DNA from: the human T2T-CHM13v2.0 reference genome, Homo sapiens | DNA length: 64,000 nt | Direction: 5' to 3' (one strand) | NCBI RefSeq assembly: GCF_009914755.1 | Contig: NC_060944.1 | Part shown: positions 56,421 through 64,000 of the stretch, piece by piece | How positions within the stretch are numbered: position 1 is the stretch's first letter | Layout of the letters: every line of letters begins with the position of its first letter | The notes under the pieces: generated by a model | Databases searched by the model: none | What the model saw: the letters and a program-made list of their open reading frames with translations, nothing else | Told to the model about the DNA's origin: nothing | Program-made: the position numbers and the translations under genes

Positions 56421-57624
56421 AAACTGCCCCACCAGAGTTGCCTGGCCTTTGCCTGCTACTGGCAGAAACCTTCCTGAAAGAAGAGCACTGAAGCCTGTTC
56501 ATAGCTCCCTGGGTGGCCGCAGTGCCCAGATGATTTCCCAAAAGGTAACAGGCTCGGGTGTTGGTGCCCACAAGAGACATTGCAGCTATCCCTCCATGTG
56601 CTGCTGAAGTGGATTTCATGAGCTTGAGGACTGATGGGCTGCAGTTGGGTTTATGTTGAGCATCCTCAAACTGGTCCCTCCCCTGAGTCTTTGGGAGAAA
56701 AGATTCTGGTCGAGTTGCCGGGCCCTCGTCCTGGAGAAGGGAGGTGGAGGGGTATGGGGAACTGTCTTGTGCGAGGTGGTTTTGAGTCAGCGGCCCTGTG
56801 TGCGGGTGGCCATCTGCTGGGTTTCTAAGGGGCATCTCACTTCTCCCAGCCTCAGCTTCCTCGTCTGTAAAATGGGGGCATGAAGATCAAATAAATCTGT
56901 AAAATGGGTAATCCTGAAGATTAAATAAGGCAATGAGCATATATCCATTCATGCAGAGTGCGACACACGGCGAGCTCTCAGTACACATCTGTGATGTATT
57001 TGGGGGGCCGGAGCCCTTCCTGAAGGAGGTGGTGCATCTGCAGCTGGCCCTGTCCCCCAGCGAACAGATGAGCAGCTGGATTCTCAGACATGTCTAAGAA
57101 CTGGGGGATCCTGACATCAGCCACGTGAATTAGGATTCCACATGCAAAGGCAGGGAGACAAGAGAAGGCACAGCTTATGGGAGGAATGAAAAAGGCTCAC
57201 ATGGCTGAGGCATAGGTTCTGGGTTGGAAAGTGGTGAGGGAGGAAGCTGGGGACTCTGCAGGGGCGGGTCATAGGGGCCTGACACCTCAGGAGGAGCAGG
57301 GATGGGCGAGGCACAGTCGGTTCATTCTACAACAATCATGTCAGAGACCTCTCTTATGAAATGCTCTTCAGATCACTCAGGTTGAGGGTACTCTTGACTT
57401 CCTGCAGGGACTGTGACCCGTGTGGCCTCTCTGTGCCAAGCATGGCCAACGAGCCCAGGGCTGTGCAGATGGCACCCCGTGTCAATTTCCTGTTTCTCCA
57501 TGCCGGTCATTCTTGTGCCGCTTTCATTGTGTTTGCCATCATGCCTTCTGTTTGCTAATTATGCGTTTTAAATCAATTTACTTTTAGAAGAAACACTTAT
57601 AGAGAAATCCTTCACTTGGGCTAA

Positions 57625-57783
57625 TTATATTTTCTAATACATTATTATACACACAAATGAAATAGAAGGCATTCGTTGTTGTTCTCCCCGAAATCATCTC
57701 CTTTTATATTTTCTAATACATTATTATACACACAAATGAAATAGAAGGCATTGGTTGTTGTTCTCCCCGAAATCATCTCCTTT
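57625..57783 (+). repeat. 79-bp tandem duplication (2 copies, 1 mismatch)
   Basis: ttatattttctaatac...aaatcatctcctt repeated at 57625 and 57704. Confidence 0.97.
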
Positions 57784-58127
57784 CGGGAGCACACAAGCTA
57801 CCCTTTGGAAAACACTTTATTATGTAATAAACAGTCACTGTGACAACCCTACATTGCACACTAAGCTGAGGGCAGGGAGGGCATGCCTGGCCCAAGGCCA
57901 CACACACAGCTAGTAATGGGTAGCGCTGGATTTGGGTCCTGACTCCAGAGCCCTGGTGATGTTGTTGGGGTAGGGGGTGCCTGGATGCTAAATGCCCCAC
58001 AGTGTGTTGGACAGCGTTGCCCAAAAAAGAACTGCCCTGGCCCCAATGTCAGGCATTCTGTGGCTAGGTGGGGGTTTGCTAGGGGCTGAACATCACCAAG
58101 CCAAGGAGCATTTGCAAATAAGCCCAC

Positions 58128-58863
58128 TGTTAGGGGCTGAATTATTTCCTTGCCCCCAAATTTATATGTTGAAGTCCTAAGTCCCAGTACCTTAGAAGGT
58201 GACTGTATTTGGAGATATGGCTTTTAAAGAGGTAATTAAGGTTAAATGAGGTCATTGGGGTAGACCCAAATCCAATGATTGGTCTGCTTAGCAGAAGAGA
58301 TTAGGACTCAGATATGCACAGAGGCAAGACCATGTGAGGACAGGCAGAAGGTGGCCACCTGCAAGCCAAGAAGAGAGGCCTCAGAAAAGCAACCCTGGGA
58401 GGGTGCGGTGGCTCACACCTGTAATCTCAGCACTTTGGGAGGCCGGGGGGCGCGGGGGGTGGATCACCTGAGGTCAGGAGTTCAAGACCAGCCTGGCCAA
58501 CATGGTAAAACCCCATCTCTACTGAAAAAAAAAATAATAATAAATAAATTAGCCAGGCACGGTGGCGCACACTTGTAATCCCGCCTACTTGGGAGGCTGT
58601 GGCAGGAGAATTGCTTGAACCGGGAGGCGGAGGTTGCAGTGAGCAGAGATTGCATCACTGTCCTCCAGCCTGGGTGACAGAGAGAGACTCCATCTCAAAA
58701 AAATAAATAAATAAATAAATAACAATTAAAAAAGAAAAAAGCAGCCCTGCCGACTCCTTGCTCTTGAACTTCTAGCTTCTAGAACTGTAAGATAATAAGT
58801 TCTTTTTGTTTAAGCCACATATTCTGTGGTACTTTGTTGTGACATCCCTAGCCGACTAATATG
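58128..58863 (+). mobile_element. MLT1B-like MaLR LTR, interrupted by an Alu
   Basis: tgttaggggctgaatt...tatgttgaagtcctaa...ttaaggttaaatgaggtcatt...gactaata. Confidence 0.88.
58398..58735 (+). mobile_element. Alu (AluSx-like)
   Basis: ggatcacctgaggtcaggagttcaagaccagcctggccaacatgg; TSD aaaagcaaccctg/aaaagcagccctg. Confidence 0.95.
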
Positions 58864-60158
58864 TCCCCTTCTGTCTGGACAGGAAACCTCTGTCGTGGGC
58901 ACAGCCAGGCCCTCTGGAACTATGCCCAGCCCCGCACAAGCTGGAGGTGTGTGCCGGTTTTGAGGGCTCTGGCCTTTGGTCCTTAAATGCTCTTTGAAAA
59001 CAGAAACACTGGGATTAATTTAGGAAAGAGGAAACTGGTTCTAGTGATTTTTTTTCCATAAAAAAAAAAAAAAACAAAAAAACACGTGACTAAGAGCACT
59101 TATAAAACACAGACAGCCTCTCCCTCCCCTAGAGCAAACTGTTATGTGTGGGGATAGCGCCCAGCACCAGGGCGGAGAGAGATCTTGGTTAGTATTCCTA
59201 GGATGGCTGCCTGGCAGTCTTTATTGCCTTCTTTATAGAGGCTTTGCATCTGCAGCCTCTTGGGGGATGCAGGTGCTGAGATAACCTGGCTTCACCTGCA
59301 TTGGATGAGTCAGGGAGGAAGCCTGGCATGCAGTTCGTCCCTGAAGTAACCGATGGGACGAGAGAGAAAGCTCTGGTTCCACTGCTCACAGGCCACAAGC
59401 AGGTCACAGTCCCCCCAGTGACAGATCACGCAGGGAACTGACACTACTCAGAGTGCGCTGGAGGTTGTGCATCCTACAGCCAGGAAGGCAAGGACACTGG
59501 TCTTTATTCTACCTTGTCCCTTTCTTGCTATGTGACCTTTGGCATGTGGCTTCCTCTTGCCAAATTGCAGTTTCTGCATTTGTATAATGCCAGGGTTGGA
59601 ATAAGATTGATCTTGAAGGTCCTAGCCAGCTCTAATGTTCTGTGATGTTTTCCTGTGATGGCAAACATCACCATTTGGGCAAGTAATTTACCTCTCCAAG
59701 CCCCAGCTTCTTCTGTAAAACGGGCTTAATAAAAGATCCTGCATTATAGGGCTATTGAAAGAATTCAGTATTTTGCATATGTGTATCAGAGTGCCAGGAA
59801 TATATTAATACATGTGCAGAAAGTATTTGCTATTATTTGTATTTATGGTTATTGTTCTTTGAGATTTATTCATTCCACAAATATTTATTGTGTGTCTACT
59901 ATATACCAAACGTTTCTACAAGCTCTGGGTACCTCTCATTGATTTTACATTCCCAAAGGAGGGTACCAGATGATAAACCGATAAATTAATATATAATGTA
60001 ATTTCACATAATAGTAAGGACTTTGTGGGGAAGTAAAGGAAGGTTGAGGAACAGGGTGGCAGGGGTGTGGCTGTTGAGATAGGGTGGTAGCTACACAGAT
60101 GGCTGGAAGCAGTGAAAGAGGGAGCCTTTCAGCTTCCTGGGGGGAGAATATTCTAGGT

Positions 60159-60719
<561 letters not shown>

Positions 60720-60902
60720 CTCTACATAAAGCAAACCACAAGTGCAAAGGCCTTAAGGCTGTGTGTGTCAGGTGAGCCAATGGGCATCACACAAGTGCTT
60801 ATTCTGTGTGGCTCTCCGGGCCCCTTGTGAGGTCAGTTGTGTGTGGCTTGCCAGCCAATTAAGATGAGAAGATCCCTCTAGGACAGAAGTGATGCTACAG
60901 GC

Positions 60903-61399
60903 TGTAAGAGTTAAAGAGGAAAGAAACATGAAACATAGCTTGGCAGTTAAAGACAGGTTTACTTTAGATAAAACCTGAGAGGGGCTTCTGGCCGATTTCA
61001 GTCAGGAGCACTTTCTCTTACAGGCTAAGAGTATATATTGGTTTTAGGGTGAGGGGCTTATTACAAGCTTGGAATGTTTTTGTGTGAGAGAAGTTTTATG
61101 GTGGGGTTGGAATGTCTCTGGGAGGAGGAGAGGTTATCTTGGGGCAGATATCTTTCCAGCCAGAGGGGGATATCTCAAGGCTGGGATCTTCCCAGTTGGA
61201 GGGGGCTTATCTTGGGGCTAGCATGTCTCTGGTCGGGGAAGAGTTTGGAATGTTTCTGGTTGGAGATGTTATTTGTGGTTTACGGTCATGCTGACCTTAG
61301 CCATCAGGCTGATGCCCTTTGGATTTAGGCGATTTTTTTTATTAAGGTGATCTTTAGAATGAGGGACTTGTCCAAGATGGTAATGCTCCTGCTCTGTCA
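60903..61399 (-). mobile_element. LTR19-family ERV1 solo LTR
   Basis: tgtaagagttaaag...cttgtccaagatggtaatgctcctgctctgtca; perfect 5-bp TSD caggc. Confidence 0.88.
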
Positions 61400-61793
61400 C
61401 AGGCCTCTTCTGGAACACAAGCTAATGGAATAGGGGATATAAAGCAGGAAGTGGCTATGTGAAACGGCTGTGTTTTCGAGCTATTTTAAAGCACTCAACA
61501 GTTAGCTCATTCATTATGGTCATTGAATTATTATCTTGGCCTCACAGGGAGCTCAGCAGGGGCCATGGAGGAGCCTTGCTTGTCTTGTAGTCTGAAGAGC
61601 TCCCCCTTATTCTCAAGAGAACTCCTACTCTATATCCTACTCTATATCTCTATGTATCAAGCCCCCAAATCATGGAACTCTTCTTTCTCATCGAAATGCT
61701 GTTTAGGAAGTCAGACACCTAGATGCCTCATGTCCCAATTCTATCATTCAGGCATCCAAGAAAAATCCATTAAGGAGTGGACATCTGCCAGAA

Positions 61794-61865
61794 CCAACAT
61801 CAAGGCACCTAAATATATAAAGCAGATATTAACGGAACAGAAGGGAGAGACTGACGACAATATAA
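61794..61865 (+). mobile_element. Isolated L1 ORF2 endonuclease-domain fragment
   Basis: Translates NIKAPKYIKQILTEQKGETDDNI, resembling the L1 ORF2p EN segment N.GAPRFIKQVL.DL...LDS.TI. Confidence 0.7.
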
Positions 61866-62319
61866 GTCACTCAACCTCTCTGAGACAAAGCTTCCGGGTC
61901 TTAAAGTGGAGATAATAATGCTACTTGTGTTTTTGTAAGGATTGAATGATATAAAGCAGAGATAGGTAGACTCCAGCTTGCAGACCAAATCTATCCAGCT
62001 ACTAGTTTTTCTTAAAGCCCATGAGCTAAGAATGTTTTCTTCCTTCTCATTTTGAAATGGTTACATTTTAAATGGTTATATAAGTACCTACATAATAGCC
62101 TCATTTTTGCCTCTGGCCTGGAAAGCCTTGATTCTTTACTACCTGGCCCTTTAAGAAAAAGTGTATTAACCCTGATATAAAGCACGTGGGCATAGAAAAA
62201 GGGCTCAATCCATATTAACTAGTGCTGTTTCAATTCTGAAGGAATTAAGTTATCCTCAATGCCTTAACATGTAGTCCTCAAGAAGGTCAAGCATACTTTT
62301 AAAGTAGATGTTAATTACT

Positions 62320-62560
62320 AATAATTGGATGGGATTCACCATGTCCTGAGCACTGGCCCATCTCCTGTATATAGAGCAATTCATTTAATCCTCAAAACCA
62401 CCCCAAGAGGTAAGTACTATCCCCATTTGAAAAAAGAGGGAACAGAGACACAGAGAGGCTCAGTATCTTCCTAAGGTACCATAGCTAGTGAGTTATGAGC
62501 TAGCATTCAAATCTAGGCTGGATTTCTCCAGACTCTGCTATTAACTCCTAGACTCTGCTG
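62320..62560 (-). mobile_element. MIR SINE
   Basis: tcatttaatcctcaaaaccacccc...gagacacagagaggctcag...attcaaatctagg. Confidence 0.75.
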
Positions 62561-62693
62561 CACTTGACATAGTGTCGAGTCCCCAGAGGTGTTCAGTAAA
62601 CACATGCACTAGTGTTTACTAAGCCACCCACCTACTGAGGCCTAGTGTCTAGCCCCCAGAGGGTGCTCAGTAAACACCAAGTAAACACTTGGT

Positions 62694-63048
62694 TTGTAGG
62701 GACATGGATGAAACTGGAAACCATCATTCTCAGCAAACTATCGCAAGGACAAAAAACCAAACACTGCATGTTCTCACTCATAGGTGGGAATTGAACAATG
62801 AGAACACATGGACACAGGAAGGGGAACATCCCACACCAGGGACTGTTGTGGGGTGGGGGGAGCGGGGAGGGATAGCATTAGGAGACATACCTAATACTAA
62901 ATGACGAGTTAATGGGTGCGGCACACCAACATGGCACATGTATACGTATGTAGCAAACCTGCACATTGTGCACATGTACCCTAAAACTTAAAGTATAATA
63001 ATAATAAAATAAAATAAAAAAACAAAAAATAAATAAAATAAAATAAAA
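62694..63048 (+). mobile_element. 5'-truncated L1PA4-like L1
   Basis: Young L1 3'UTR (gggatagcattaggaga...aacttaaagtataat) with A-rich tail; 11-bp TSD aaacacttggt. Confidence 0.95.
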
Positions 63049-64000
63049 AAACACTTGGTGACAGCATGCATGTGCAGAGTCTGTGAGCACGAAGAGCAAC
63101 CCAGTGGACTGTGGGGCTTGGAAGAGGAGGGCAAAGGTGGTATCCATCAGAGCTCAGGTTCCTGGGTGTGACAGCTGGGAGCATTTCCACACAGCCACTT
63201 GGGTTCCTCCTCTGGTGGTCAATGCTCCTCCTGACCTCAATAAAAGTGAACATTTATTGCATTCAAGATGTGCCTGCATTCCATACGTAATTTTAATTTC
63301 TTCTGTAGGAGTGCATCAGGTCGTTCCAGTTGTAATGTGCACTTACAGATGAGGAAAGTGAAACACAGAGCGTTTGAGCGGCCCAGTGTCATGCAGCTCA
63401 TACACGGTCAGCGTAGCTGTTCTCACACCCAGGTCTGTGCGGCTGCAGGGCTTGGCCTCTCAGCCACAGTGCAGGGTGGGGACATTGTAACTGGCTGCTT
63501 GGCCTTATTTGTGGACATGCTGGCTACCGTGAACTTCCAGAGACCCTAGTGAACACGTTCCAAATTCACAAAACTGCAGGATGGGGCAACGATCCACATT
63601 TCCTCTGCGAGCCTTCTCCTTTAAAAGCACACACTTTGCCACATTTCAGCACATGGCTCTGCAAACGTTTGCAGTTAATACCCTCTCCCAGAAGCCATCT
63701 GGGGGGCGATTCAGGTTCATCTGAGAGCACACAGTGGGTGGCCATCACCCGCATCCATTTTGTCGATAGGTGAGGGATGCTGATGCCAACCGCTTACCTC
63801 GGTAGAAGACCCCTCCCCAGGAGAGAAGTCTTAATGCCAGGAATGATGTCCAAACGTAAGGTGAATGGGTGACTTCTGGGGCAAGGGGGGACGGTGTGCT
63901 GTTGCCAAGAGGGGAACAGCTGGGAAGGAGAGACGAGAGCTCACCCTGCAGCAGCCATAGCAGAATCGGTTCATTGTGGGGCTTGGCTTTAGTTAATTTC

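Noticed and set aside
56110-56835. Longest ORF (241 aa, minus strand)
   Set aside because: It runs through a CA/CG microsatellite and an antisense Alu (VCVCV..., QAGVQWRDL) and has no recognisable domain.

Overview
64 kb of non-coding primate genomic DNA, human-like and probably catarrhine/hominoid given AluY-like and L1PA4-like copies. It is an intron or intergenic region dominated by interspersed repeats: 17 Alus, many MIR/L2 relics, L1 fragments, DNA-transposon fossils (MER3/33, MER20, MER30, MER53, MER58, MER82, MER96B-like) and about 20 LTRs. I find no credible protein-coding exon, RNA gene, CpG island or CRISPR array, and the listed ORFs look like chance or repeat-derived frames. The most notable structures are: (i) a ~5.9 kb pile-up of seven well-defined ERV LTRs with three nested insertions and readable TSDs (16.7-22.5 kb); (ii) a ~400 bp LTR-derived segment present twice 2.7 kb apart at ~84% identity in its best block; (iii) an isolated L1 endonuclease-domain fragment that appears to replace part of a MIR; (iv) several micro-rearrangements, including a template-switch-like hairpin and a near-perfect 79-bp tandem duplication; (v) a head-to-head Alu pair only ~35 bp apart. 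Repeat family names come from recalled consensus sequences, not a database search, and boundaries without a TSD are approximate. I see no evidence for a novel biological system beyond these repeat-architecture observations.
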